NCBI GenBank assembly: GCA_965662235.1
Contig: CBFIGY010000012.1
Span: 1-64,000 of the forward strand
Direction: 5' to 3'
Source of the DNA: an uncultured bacterium
GTDB lineage: Bacteria > SAR324 > NAC60-12
Length of the DNA: 64,000 nt
Under the pieces are notes generated by a model. That model saw only the letters and a list, made by a program, of their open reading frames with translations, ran no database searches and was not told the DNA's origin. This document shows, piece by piece, positions 51,520-61,182 of this stretch (positions are counted from its first letter, which is position 1; each line of letters opens with the position of its first letter). A program made the translations under genes and the position numbers.

Positions 51520-52271
51520 GGGAGGGCCTCCAAAAAGTGCTGCAGTTCCTGGTTGAAGCGCTGGGGCGCTTCCAGCGGAATCAGGTGCCCGACGTCCTCT
51601 AGGCACACGAAGCGGGCGTGGGGGATTTTTCCAGCCATGCGCTGCATCACTGGAGCCGGGGCGTTGGTGTCATGGGCGCCGGCGAGGAGCAGCGTCGGGA
51701 CGGTGATCTGGCTCAACAGGGCTCGCTGGTCAAAACGGGTCAGCGCCAGCAGCGCCTGCGTGTAGGGCGCTTCCGGAACCTGACCCATGCTCCTGAGGGC
51801 CAGGGCCTTGCCGATAGGATCCGGCTGAGGACCCAGCATCCGCGCGAGAGCCTGAGGCGCTAGGTCCTTGAGCGTCTGACCTGCCCGGAGCGGCGCCAGT
51901 CGCTCCTCCAGAAACCTCTGCTGCCAGGTCCCTTCAGCCTTGCCAAAAGCCGGACTGGTGGCCACTAGGGTCAGGGACCGTACCCATTCCGGACGCTGAG
52001 CAACGAGTTCCAAAGCCAGCATGCCGCCCAGCGAGTGCCCCACCCAGTGGGCCGGCTCCTGCTCAAGGTCCGGATGCGCCGTGGCCAGCAACTCCGGAAG
52101 CTCGCTCAGGTGGGTGTAAGGGCGCTGGGGCGTCCCTCCGTAGCCCGGCAGGTTCCAGGCGTGGCAGGAGTAGGCGGTGGCAAAGTGCTCCAATTGCAGC
52201 TGCCAGCTTGAAGCATCGGTTCCGATGCCATGCAGAAAGATCAGCTTGGAGCGGCCTGTAGGTGTCATCAA
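51516..52271 (-). CDS. Alpha/beta hydrolase (PcaD-like)
   Basis: FLHGIG, LPGYG, GHSLGG nucleophile elbow, the Asp in AGAHD and the His in GHL. Confidence 0.85.
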   Translation of the reverse strand: MMTPTGRSKLIFLHGIGTDASSWQLQLEHFATAYSCHAWNLPGYGGTPQRPYTHLSELPELLATAHPDLEQEPAHWVGHSLGGMLALELVAQRPEWVRSLTLVATSPAFGKAEGTWQQRFLEERLAPLRAGQTLKDLAPQALARMLGPQPDPIGKALALRSMGQVPEAPYTQALLALTRFDQRALLSQITVPTLLLAGAHDTNAPAPVMQRMAGKIPHARFVCLEDVGHLIPLEAPQRFNQELQHFLEALP

Positions 52272-52361
52272 TCCGGTTTCAGAATCGTCTCATGCGGTCG
52301 GCCGATACCGTACCCAGATCAGAGGCGGAAGCGCAACCCCTTTTTCAAAAGAGGAACGGCG

Positions 52362-53225
52362 TCAGAGCGTCAGGGCTTCCACGGTGCAGTGGGAGGCCTC
52401 CAGAGAAATACGGTGAAAGGACGTGGGTGGCCGTCCGGGCTTGTGGCGCATCGTTGAAGAGGCGGAGTTGACGACATCCAGCGGTGACCCATCCGGGCGG
52501 GTGAAGGTCAGGTGCCAGTTTCGGTGCACGTGTCCGTGGAGGTACAACCGAATGGCCGGGCGTTCCCAGACCCATGCTCGGACGGCTTCCAGCTGGTTGA
52601 GCTCGTGACGGTCATGCACTTCCCAGCCTTCCGGAAACCAGAGGGGGTAGTGGTTCATGAGCACAAACCGGGTGCCTGCGGGTTGAGCCTGCATGAAGGC
52701 GTCGGTGGCCGCGAGGGTCGGTTCCCGGACGGTTCCGGATGCCTGCAGCCAGGAATTGGGGTGGGTGCTGTCCCAACCAATGAGCCACCAGTCCGGACCC
52801 AGCGGAACCGTCAGGATTTCCTCCGCCGTCCACCAGCGACCGAAGAACGCCTGAAAGCGGTCTGGGGTGCAGGCTTCCGGGACATAGCGGTCGTGGTTTC
52901 CGGGAATGACGTGCACGGGACGTGAGCCCTCCAGTAGCGGCGCCAGGTGCGTGCGGGCGTGTTGAAATTCGGACTCCAGCGCCAGCTGCGTGAAGTCCCC
53001 GCTGATGAGCAGGTGGTCCCAGGCTTCGGAGAGGAGCCGCTCCCGGAGGCGTTCAAACCGTTCAGGAGGGTAGTCGGCCCGGCGACGCAGGAGGAGGTTC
53101 AGGGAGCCCAGAAGCCGTTTGGACGCCCACTCGGAGTAGTGGTGCGGAAGGGCGTGGTAGTGCAGGTCGGAAACGTGTACTAACGTGAGGGGAGACGCCA
53201 CGAAATTCGAAACTTTACTTGTCAT
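52362..53225 (-). CDS. Calcineurin-like metallophosphoesterase
   Basis: SDLH, SGDFT, PGNHD, NHYP and HGHVH motifs. The start may be the GTG at 53201. Confidence 0.85.
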   Translation of the reverse strand: MTSKVSNFVASPLTLVHVSDLHYHALPHHYSEWASKRLLGSLNLLLRRRADYPPERFERLRERLLSEAWDHLLISGDFTQLALESEFQHARTHLAPLLEGSRPVHVIPGNHDRYVPEACTPDRFQAFFGRWWTAEEILTVPLGPDWWLIGWDSTHPNSWLQASGTVREPTLAATDAFMQAQPAGTRFVLMNHYPLWFPEGWEVHDRHELNQLEAVRAWVWERPAIRLYLHGHVHRNWHLTFTRPDGSPLDVVNSASSTMRHKPGRPPTSFHRISLEASHCTVEALTL

Positions 53226-53377
53226 TTTAGGGGATTTCTCCTACCTTTTCGGGTTTCGGCATCCTAGATCGCCAAATCCCAAAAGTGTCTTATGCGGCCA
53301 AGTCTGGCCTGTTCCCGCCCGGTTCGCAAGTCATCTTGTGGGACCGCATCACCCTGGAACCAAAAGGAGAACCCCCC

Positions 53378-55501
53378 ATGGTCTTGACCATTGTCGCCCT
53401 ATCCTTGCTAGGGCTTGGAGTTGCACTCTACTACTCCATGAAAATATCCGGAATTCCTCTGACGCAAGGCGTGGAGAACCCGGAGGAGGCAGACAAGCTG
53501 CGGAAGATTTCCTCAGCCATTGCAGACGGCGCCATGGCGTTTCTGAAGCAAGAGTACCGCTACATGGCGTACTTCATGATCGGCTTTGCCGTTCTCATCT
53601 CCTTGCTGGTGGACGATCACCACACGCCAGACACCAACGAAGGCCTCTACACCGCCTTCGCCTTCCTCCTGGGCGCCGTGATCTCCATTGCCTCCGGTTT
53701 CGTCGGCATGAAGATCGCCACCATCGGGAACTCCCGGACCACGGTTTCAGCCAAGTCGGGCATTGGGAAAGCCTTCCAGGTGGCCCTGCAGTCTGGTGCT
53801 GTGATGGGATTTGGCTTGGTTGGTCTGGCTGTTTTGGGATTGGCTGTGATCTATGTGGCGCTGGACTCGATGCTGGGCTTCCCGCAGGACCAGACGCACA
53901 TCCTCATGGAAGTCATGGCTGGCTTTGGCCTTGGCGGTTCCTCCATTGCGCTCTTCGGACGCGTCGGGGGGGGCATCTACACCAAGGCGGCGGACGTTGG
54001 CGCTGACCTGGTGGGCAAAGTGGAAAAGGGCATCCCGGAAGACGATCCGCGCAACCCGGCGGTGATTGCCGACAACGTGGGAGACAACGTTGGTGACGTG
54101 GCCGGAATGGGCGCGGACCTGTTCGGTTCATGTGCCGAGAGCACCTGTGCCGCTCTGGTGATTGGCGCAGTCGCATTTGCTGCCGACCTCGGAGCCCTGC
54201 TCTACCCGATCATGATCACTGCAGTGACCATTCCGCTGAGCCTGCTGGTGCTGCTCATGTTTGGAAAGGCGGAAACCGAGGCACAGGTGGCTCCGGTGCT
54301 GAAGAAGCTCCTCGTCGTCTCGACGGTGGTGAACACTGCTGTCATGCTGCTCCTGACCCTGGGCCTGCTCCCAGATGAGTTCATCATTGACGGTGTGGAC
54401 TACAGCAACCTGGGCATCTTCTTCTGCTATGCCATTGGTGCCTTCGCCGGTCTGGCCGTGGGCCTGCTGACCGAGTACTACACCTCCCACGACTTCAAAC
54501 CGGTCCGGGAAGTGGCCAAGGCGTCGGAAACCGGTGCCGCCACGAACATCATCTTCGGCCTGGCTCTGGGCTACGAGAGCTCCGCGGGCTCCATCCTTGC
54601 CATCGCCGTGAGCATCTTCGCCTCCTTCTCCCTTGGCGGCATGTACGGGGTCGCGATTGCTGCCATTGGCATGCTGAGCACCCTTGTGATTGGCCTCGCC
54701 ATTGACGCCTATGGTCCGGTTGCGGACAACGCTGGCGGCATTGCGGAAATGACAGGCATGGGCGAAAGCATCCGGGACCGCACCGACGTCCTAGACGCCG
54801 CAGGCAACACGACTGCTGCCATCGGTAAGGGCTTTGCCATTGGTTCGGCCATCCTGACTTCACTGGCGCTGTTTGCGGCGTTCATCACCCGGGCCAACTC
54901 CCTGCAAGGGGGTGGACTGGAAACCCTCAACCTGCTGGACCCGCTGGTCCTGACGGGAACCTTCGTGGGCGCGATGCTGCCGTTCATCTTTACGGCCATG
55001 ACCATGAAGTCGGTTGGAAAAGCGGCCTTTGACATGATCGAAGAGGTCCGCCGACAGTTCCGGACGATTCCGGGCATCATGGAAGGCACCGGCACCCCAG
55101 ACTACGCTCAGTGTGTGGCGATTTCGACCAAGGCCGCAGTGCGCGAGATGATTCCGCCAGGAGTGCTCATCATGGGAACTCCGCTGGTGGTGGGCTTCCT
55201 TTTTGGGGTGGAAGCCGTCGCGGGTGTGCTGGTGGGCTCCTTGGTTTCGGGAGGCGTGCTGGCCATTTCTTCAGCCAACTCCGGAGGCGCTTGGGACAAC
55301 GCCAAGAAGTACGTTGAGAAGGGCAACCTGGGTGGCAAGGGCACCGATACCCACAAGGCTGCTGTGGTGGGAGACACCGTGGGGGATCCGCTCAAGGACA
55401 CCTCTGGTCCGTCTCTGAACATCCTGATCAAGCTCTCGGCCATCCTGAGCCTGGTCTTTGTCCCCTTCTTTGTGGAGTACGGTGGCCTGCTGATCGGCTA
55501 A
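53378..55501 (+). CDS. hppA: Membrane-integral pyrophosphatase (K+-dependent type)
   Basis: [40 protein letters not shown] (Ala indicates K+-dependence) and [14 protein letters not shown] motifs. Confidence 0.96.
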   Translation: MVLTIVALSLLGLGVALYYSMKISGIPLTQGVENPEEADKLRKISSAIADGAMAFLKQEYRYMAYFMIGFAVLISLLVDDHHTPDTNEGLYTAFAFLLGAVISIASGFVGMKIATIGNSRTTVSAKSGIGKAFQVALQSGAVMGFGLVGLAVLGLAVIYVALDSMLGFPQDQTHILMEVMAGFGLGGSSIALFGRVGGGIYTKAADVGADLVGKVEKGIPEDDPRNPAVIADNVGDNVGDVAGMGADLFGSCAESTCAALVIGAVAFAADLGALLYPIMITAVTIPLSLLVLLMFGKAETEAQVAPVLKKLLVVSTVVNTAVMLLLTLGLLPDEFIIDGVDYSNLGIFFCYAIGAFAGLAVGLLTEYYTSHDFKPVREVAKASETGAATNIIFGLALGYESSAGSILAIAVSIFASFSLGGMYGVAIAAIGMLSTLVIGLAIDAYGPVADNAGGIAEMTGMGESIRDRTDVLDAAGNTTAAIGKGFAIGSAILTSLALFAAFITRANSLQGGGLETLNLLDPLVLTGTFVGAMLPFIFTAMTMKSVGKAAFDMIEEVRRQFRTIPGIMEGTGTPDYAQCVAISTKAAVREMIPPGVLIMGTPLVVGFLFGVEAVAGVLVGSLVSGGVLAISSANSGGAWDNAKKYVEKGNLGGKGTDTHKAAVVGDTVGDPLKDTSGPSLNILIKLSAILSLVFVPFFVEYGGLLIG

Positions 55502-55521
55502 TCCGGATCCTCCTGAGCATC

Positions 55522-55543
55522 GAGGTCACCCCCGGGTGACCTC
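55522..55543. terminator. Inverted repeat between convergent genes (probable bidirectional terminator)
   Basis: GAGGTCACCC-CC-GGGTGACCTC between the hppA and M20 stops. Confidence 0.55.
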
Positions 55544-56816
55544 ACCCCTCCTCAGGTGCAGAACAGAGCTGCACCAGCGCCTGCGCCATCACGCGCGCCG
55601 AATCCATCATATCCTCAATGACAATGTACTCATCGGGCTGATGTGCGAGCTCAAGCAGTCCGGGGCCGTACGCCACGCAGTTCTTCAGGCGGCCAATGCG
55701 GTCGATGTGCTTCTGGTCATAAGTTCCGGGAGAAACAACGTACTCCGCTGGTTGCTGAAGCACGGTTTCAATTGCCTGCGTCAGTGCCTGTGACACGGGA
55801 GCCGTGCGTTCCGTGAGGGTGGGGTGCACCTCAAACAGGTCCTGGAGGCGGTAGTCAAAGCCGGAACGGTTTTGCTTGAGCTGATCCAGTAGGTCCACCA
55901 CCTCCTGCCGGACCTCGTCTAGGGGCTCCTCGGCGAGGAAGCGCCGGTCGATGATCAGGCGGCAGCGGTCGGGAACACAGGGGGAGGGGAGTCCCGAGCT
56001 GCCGGCTTCGCGTTCCGGTTGCCCACCATGGAGGGAGTTGAGGTTGAGGGTCGATTGACGGGCGGCAGGCGGAACCACCGGCATGGCGGTCTGCTTCTCC
56101 TGAAGCTTGGGCAGCAGCTGAGTCTCCACCTCGTGCAGGAAGGCGCCCATGTGCCGAACGGCGCAGTTTCCGAGGAATGGCATTGATCCGTGGGCGGTGC
56201 GACCCAAGGTTTCCACTTCAGCCCACCAGACGCCCCGGTGCCCAAGGCAGATGCGGTCCTTCTGCAACGGCTCCGGAATGATGACATGCTGCACTCGCTC
56301 CGGTGAAAAGTACCCCCGCTCCGCAAGGTACGCAACCCCTCCGTAACCACCGGTTTCTTCATCAGCAGTTCCGGAGATCTCCAAGGCTCCGGCAAAGTCC
56401 GGAAAGCATTCCAGAAAAGCCTCCACGGCAATCACGGAAGCGGCCAATCCGCCTTTCATGTCACAGGTTCCGCGACCGTAGATCCGCCCGTCCCGGATTT
56501 CGGCGCCAAAGGGATCCACCGTCCAGCCTTCCCCGGGAGGAACGACGTCGATGTGCGAATTGAAGTGAACGCAGGGGCCGGGCCGGGAGCCTTCACGGCG
56601 AGCAATCAGGTTCCAGCGGGGGTAGCGGTCGCTGTCTCCAGGCGTGCCCTCCCCCCGGACCCAGCTGAGGGTGAAGCCCTGAGGCTCCAGTCGAGTCGCC
56701 AGCACCTCGCAGAGTTCGCGGTAACCGCTGCCCGGAGGGTTGACGGTGGGCAGGCGGACCAGCTCCTGAGTGAGGGCGATGCATTCCGCACGACGGGCCT
56801 CCACGGCGGCGTGCAA
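55542..56816 (-). CDS. M20A ArgE/DapE-family deacylase
   Basis: PTVNPPG, FNSHIDVV, GRGTCDMKGG, DEETGG, IPEP, AHGSMP and AHQPDEY motifs. Confidence 0.88.
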   Translation of the reverse strand: MHAAVEARRAECIALTQELVRLPTVNPPGSGYRELCEVLATRLEPQGFTLSWVRGEGTPGDSDRYPRWNLIARREGSRPGPCVHFNSHIDVVPPGEGWTVDPFGAEIRDGRIYGRGTCDMKGGLAASVIAVEAFLECFPDFAGALEISGTADEETGGYGGVAYLAERGYFSPERVQHVIIPEPLQKDRICLGHRGVWWAEVETLGRTAHGSMPFLGNCAVRHMGAFLHEVETQLLPKLQEKQTAMPVVPPAARQSTLNLNSLHGGQPEREAGSSGLPSPCVPDRCRLIIDRRFLAEEPLDEVRQEVVDLLDQLKQNRSGFDYRLQDLFEVHPTLTERTAPVSQALTQAIETVLQQPAEYVVSPGTYDQKHIDRIGRLKNCVAYGPGLLELAHQPDEYIVIEDMMDSARVMAQALVQLCSAPEEG

Positions 56817-56830
56817 GGATGCAGAGGAAT

Positions 56831-58006
56831 TCAGCGGGGCAGCGTGTTGAGTTGCGATAAGACCTCCTTGAGGGCCCTGAGGCCCTGCTGGTTTTCAGAT
56901 GGAGTGCGGGAGGCCCAGCGCAGGCAGCCGGCCCGTTCCAGCCCAGGTTTGTCCGAGCAGTCCCGGACGTAGACACCGTGCTCCCACAGTAGCGTGAGCA
57001 TCACTGCTTCTGCAAGCTCTGGGTGGGGCAGCTGGAGCAGGGAAAAGTTGGCCGCAGAGTCAAAGACGCGTCCTTCCGGAATCCTGCGGAGGGCGTGGTT
57101 GAGGTCCTGAGCGCTGGTGATGGCTGCACGGCGGATGCGATCGAACTGCTGCTGAAAGGAAGGCTCGCCGAGCTGCTGCAGGAACCAGGTGGCCAAGCCG
57201 TTGAGGTTCCAGAGGAAGCCATCTTGCTGCAACTCCTGCAGGCGTTCGGGAGCAAGGGCGGCATAGCCCACGCGGAGTCCTGCCACGCCGTAGTCCTTGG
57301 CGAGGCTCTTGATGACGATCAGCTGGGGAAATTCCTCCAGCCAGCCCTGCACAGTGGGCCAGTCTGCCGGATCGTGGGCGCTGTAGGCGATGAAGCTTTC
57401 GTCCACGATCACAGTGGCCACCTCCGGAAGGGCCTCAAGCAGAAAGCGGAGGGTGTCGTGAGCAAGCAGGTGGCCATCTGGATTGTTGGGGTTGATGAGG
57501 ATCAGCGTGTCGGCTCGGGCCTGCTGCGTTGCTGCGACCAAGGCTTCCGGATCCAGCGCAAACTGCTGGTCGGGGGAGAGCTGAAACGGCGTCACCTTTC
57601 CAAAACGTGCTGCGAGTTCGTGGTATTCCGTAAAGTTGGGTTGCACGACGAGGCTGTGGTGAGCAAAGCGCCGCAGGGTCGCCTGAATCGCTTCCATGGC
57701 ACCGTTCGCCAAGAAGAGGTGCGACGCCGGAACGCCCAATGCAGGGGCCACCTGTTCCGCCAAAGCGGGTGCCTGGCTGGGGTAGTCCTGGAGGAAACGG
57801 CTCAGGGGCACCGTGGTGAGTGTTTCCTGCAGAGCGGTCCGGACGAGTTCGGTGGCGGGGGGATTGGTGAGGAAGCAGGCGTCCAGCCGGACCTCCAGCT
57901 GCGGGAAGGCCTGCTGCAGCGTGCTGAGGCTGGGTGGATGACTGCCGGCAGCTTGTTTGAGGTGACGGTAGTGGGCAGCAAAATCCTCAAAAACCGGGGA
58001 ATTCAT
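56831..58006 (-). CDS. PLP-dependent aminotransferase class I/II (HisC/CobD-like)
   Basis: NGAME, INPNNPDG, VDESF, KSLAKDYGVAGLRVGY (PLP Lys), ANF and VRDC motifs. Confidence 0.85.
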   Translation of the reverse strand: MNSPVFEDFAAHYRHLKQAAGSHPPSLSTLQQAFPQLEVRLDACFLTNPPATELVRTALQETLTTVPLSRFLQDYPSQAPALAEQVAPALGVPASHLFLANGAMEAIQATLRRFAHHSLVVQPNFTEYHELAARFGKVTPFQLSPDQQFALDPEALVAATQQARADTLILINPNNPDGHLLAHDTLRFLLEALPEVATVIVDESFIAYSAHDPADWPTVQGWLEEFPQLIVIKSLAKDYGVAGLRVGYAALAPERLQELQQDGFLWNLNGLATWFLQQLGEPSFQQQFDRIRRAAITSAQDLNHALRRIPEGRVFDSAANFSLLQLPHPELAEAVMLTLLWEHGVYVRDCSDKPGLERAGCLRWASRTPSENQQGLRALKEVLSQLNTLPR

Positions 58007-58144
58007 GCTAGGGTGTCTCGTGTCTCAATGATTGGGTTGCGGGAATCCGGAGCACCAGCCCCATTCAGGACGGGCGCCGTCCGGGACGCGATCCGCTTAC
58101 TGCCATTCCGCCACATTGTTCATCTCATGCTAAAAGGAGGGCTC

Positions 58145-58969
58145 ATGAGCCTTGCAGGAAAAACCCTTTTCATCACCGGTGCCAGTCGTGGCATTGGTCT
58201 CGCCATTGGCCTCCGGGCGGCGCAAGACGGCGCCAATGTGGTGATTGCGGCAAAGACTCAGGAACCCCACCCCCGGCTTCCTGGAACGATCTACACGGCC
58301 GCAAAGGAGATTGAAGCGGCCGGCGGACAGGCGCTTCCCTGCGTGGTGGATGTTCGGGACGAGGCCTCTGTTCAAGGAGCCGTGGAGCAGGCTGTGCAGC
58401 AGTTCGGTGGTCTGGACATCCTTGTCAACAACGCGAGCGCCATTCAGCTGACCGGAACCCTGCAGACGGAGATGAAGCGCTACGACCTGATGCACCAGAT
58501 CAATACCCGTGGAACCTACCTGTGCTCGCAGGCCTGCCTGCCGGCCTTGCTGAAGGCGGAGAATCCACATGTCCTCAACATCTCTCCTCCCCTGAATGTC
58601 GAGACCCGTTGGTTTGCTCCGCATGTGGCCTACACGATGGCCAAGTTTGGCATGAGCCTGTGTGTGCTGGGCATGGCCGGAGAGTTCCGGAAGCAAGGAG
58701 TTGCCTTCAACGCCCTCTGGCCCAAAACGACCATTGACACGGCTGCCATCCGTAACGTCGTTGGAGCCGAGTTGGCCAACCGGAGTCGGACACCGGCCAT
58801 CATGGCAGATGCCGCGTATGAGATCTTCACCCGTTCCAGCCGAGACTGTACCGGAAACTTCTTCATTGATGAAGACCTTCTGCGCAGCGCCGGCGTTTCT
58901 GACTTCTCTGGCTACGCGGTGACGCCGGGAATGGCGGATTCGGAACTGCAGGCCGACTTCTTCATCTGA
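58145..58969 (+). CDS. Short-chain dehydrogenase (HSDL2-like)
   Basis: TGASRGIG, NNASAI, YTMAK and NALWP motifs. SD AGGAGG precedes the ATG at 58145. Confidence 0.9.
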   Translation: MSLAGKTLFITGASRGIGLAIGLRAAQDGANVVIAAKTQEPHPRLPGTIYTAAKEIEAAGGQALPCVVDVRDEASVQGAVEQAVQQFGGLDILVNNASAIQLTGTLQTEMKRYDLMHQINTRGTYLCSQACLPALLKAENPHVLNISPPLNVETRWFAPHVAYTMAKFGMSLCVLGMAGEFRKQGVAFNALWPKTTIDTAAIRNVVGAELANRSRTPAIMADAAYEIFTRSSRDCTGNFFIDEDLLRSAGVSDFSGYAVTPGMADSELQADFFI

Positions 58970-59077
58970 GCCCCGAAGAAGTGGTTTTACGTCCGGAATC
59001 GGAAAAAGCTTGAGATTCCGAAAGGAGAGCGAGATACTTCAGGGTTTGTTTTGTGTTGAAAATTTTGGGAGAAACAA

Positions 59078-59386
59078 ATGACTTACGTCGTCACCGCGAA
59101 TTGCCAGAAGTGCAAGTATACGGATTGTGTGGAAGTGTGCCCGGTTGAGGCATTCCACGAGGGCCCGGAGATGCTGTACATCAATCCAGAAACCTGCATT
59201 GACTGCAACGCGTGTGTGGAGGAGTGCCCGGTTGAGGCGATTTATGCGGACGTGGATGTTCCGGATCAGTGGCAGTCCTTTGTCCAGCTCAATGCGGATG
59301 GATGCGAGGAGCACCCGGTGATCACGGAGAAGCAGGAGCCGCTGCCCACCGCCCGGACGCTGGAAGAGATTCGAGCCGCAGGCTGA
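59078..59386 (+). CDS. fdxA: 7Fe-type (3Fe-4S/4Fe-4S) ferredoxin
   Basis: MTYVVT..CQKCKYTDCVEVCPV...CIDCNACVEECPVEAI. Confidence 0.9.
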   Translation: MTYVVTANCQKCKYTDCVEVCPVEAFHEGPEMLYINPETCIDCNACVEECPVEAIYADVDVPDQWQSFVQLNADGCEEHPVITEKQEPLPTARTLEEIRAAG

Positions 59387-59389
59387 GGG

Positions 59390-59926
59390 ATGGCTCTGCG
59401 TGTCCGGATTCATGACCTTCCGAACACCCATGCCCTCGAACATGCGGGAGTCCTGGAGCCTGAGGAGTTGCCTCGGCTTCTGGAGGAAGGGGGGCAGGTG
59501 CTGGAGCCGTTGCACTTTGAAACCCAGCTGAAGCGAGATCAAGAAACGGTCTACTTTCGGGGAACGTTGCAGGGGCGTGTGGAGCTGAGCTGCTCCCTGT
59601 GCCTGGAGCCGGTTCCCTGTGAGGTGGACGAATCGTTTGGCCTCATCTTACTGCCGGAGCATGAGCAGAAGCACCTTGCTCCGGAACTCGTGGTCAGCGA
59701 AGCAACCGTTGACACGGACTATTACACAAGTGATGAACTGGACCTGGGTGATTTGCTGGAGGAGCAAGTGCTGCTTGCGCTCCCGCTGAAGCCGGTCTGT
59801 CAAGAAGACTGTCACGGGCTCTGTCCCGGATGTGGCGCCAATCTGAACCGAGAGGCGTGCACCTGTCCGGAGCCTGATCTTTCCGACAGTCCATTTGCGG
59901 CGCTGCTACCAAAGCGTCCTTCCTGA
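59390..59926 (+). CDS. yceD: YceD/DUF177 protein
   Basis: CSLCLEP, LALPLKPVCQEDCHGLCPGCGANLN and SPFAAL motifs. Precedes rpmF. Confidence 0.88.
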   Translation: MALRVRIHDLPNTHALEHAGVLEPEELPRLLEEGGQVLEPLHFETQLKRDQETVYFRGTLQGRVELSCSLCLEPVPCEVDESFGLILLPEHEQKHLAPELVVSEATVDTDYYTSDELDLGDLLEEQVLLALPLKPVCQEDCHGLCPGCGANLNREACTCPEPDLSDSPFAALLPKRPS

Positions 59927-59942
59927 ACATACTAAAGGAACC

Positions 59943-60128
59943 ATGCCTGTCCCCAAGTACAAAACCTCCCGGAGCAAGCGGGATAAACGCCGCGGTCAGA
60001 TCAAGCTGGCAGCCCCGGCTCTGTCTTCTTGCACCAACTGCAGTGCGCTCATCCGCCCGCACCGGGTCTGCCCGGAGTGTGGTCACTACAAGGGAGTGGA
60101 AGTCGTTTCGGTCGACTCCTTCTCCTGA
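59943..60128 (+). CDS. rpmF: 50S ribosomal protein L32 (Zn-ribbon type)
   Basis: MPVPKYKTSRSKRDKRR...CTNC...PHRVCPECGHYKG. Confidence 0.96.
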   Translation: MPVPKYKTSRSKRDKRRGQIKLAAPALSSCTNCSALIRPHRVCPECGHYKGVEVVSVDSFS

Positions 60129-60147
60129 GCCCCTGCCCTAAAAAATC

Positions 60148-61182
60148 ATGGCCATTGCGGTGGATGCGATGGGCGGCGACACGCCGCTCACGATTCCTGT
60201 CGAGGCAGCCGTCCGAGCGGTCAATGACTTTGGAATTGAAGTTGTTGTCGTTGGAGACGAGGCCTCCATTCGCCAGGAGTTGAAGCGATATCAGTTCGAT
60301 CCGGCGAAGCTTGAGGTAGTGCCGTCCACAGAGATCGTGGAGATGCATGAATCTCCGGCGCTGGCATTGCGACAGAAGAAGGATTCTTCCATTCGTGTGG
60401 CCATTGATCGCCTCAAGCTGGGCGAAGTGGAAGCGGTGGTGAGTGCCGGAAACACCGGAGCAGCCATGGCAACCGCCAAGTTCGTCCTCAAGTCCATCAA
60501 GGGGGTGGAGCGTCCAGCCATTGCCACCCTCATGCCCTCCATCAATCGGTCACAACCCTTTGTCATTCTGGACATTGGGGCCAATGCCGACTGCAAACCC
60601 CTGTACCTGCTTCAGTTTGCCATGATGGGCGCAGCCTACGCGCAGGCAGTGCTGGGAGTGGAAAATGCTCGGGTCGGGCTGCTCAACAATGGGGAGGAGG
60701 AGGGAAAGGGGAACCTGATGCTCAAGGAGACCTACGGACTCATGAAGCAGAGCACCCTCAACTTCTACGGAAACATTGAGGGCAAGGCCATGTTCAAAAA
60801 TGAGGTGGACGTGGTGGTCTGTGACGGGTTTGTGGGGAACATCGCCCTCAAGGTGGCCGAAGGGACCTTCGACCTCATTGGCAATGTCCTCAAACAGGAA
60901 ATTCAAAGCTCTTGGCTGGCCAAGCTAGCGTATTTGGGGATGAAGAAGCCCTTTAAGGCGCTCCGGGACCGGGCGGATTACACAGAAGTCGGTGGCGCTC
61001 CCCTGTTGGGCGTCAATGGCATCGTCATCATTTGCCACGGAAGCTCCACACCCCACACCATCCGTAACGCCATCCGGCACGCCAAGAACTGTGCGGATCT
61101 GAAGCTGAACGACCTCATTGGCCTCCGGGTCAGCGAGAACCTAGAGGTGATTCAGGCCGCTCAGCAGATGGAATCCGCTTAG
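60148..61182 (+). CDS. plsX: Phosphate acyltransferase PlsX
   Basis: IAVDAMGGD, KKDSS, SAGNTGA, DIGAN, EEGKG, CDGFVGN and GGAPLLG motifs. Confidence 0.97.
   Translation: MAIAVDAMGGDTPLTIPVEAAVRAVNDFGIEVVVVGDEASIRQELKRYQFDPAKLEVVPSTEIVEMHESPALALRQKKDSSIRVAIDRLKLGEVEAVVSAGNTGAAMATAKFVLKSIKGVERPAIATLMPSINRSQPFVILDIGANADCKPLYLLQFAMMGAAYAQAVLGVENARVGLLNNGEEEGKGNLMLKETYGLMKQSTLNFYGNIEGKAMFKNEVDVVVCDGFVGNIALKVAEGTFDLIGNVLKQEIQSSWLAKLAYLGMKKPFKALRDRADYTEVGGAPLLGVNGIVIICHGSSTPHTIRNAIRHAKNCADLKLNDLIGLRVSENLEVIQAAQQMESA

Noticed and set aside
57023..58144. Apparent 648-aa SDR fusion in the ORF track
   Set aside because: The first 374 codons are antisense to the aminotransferase. The real SDR starts at the ATG at 58145, after AGGAGG.
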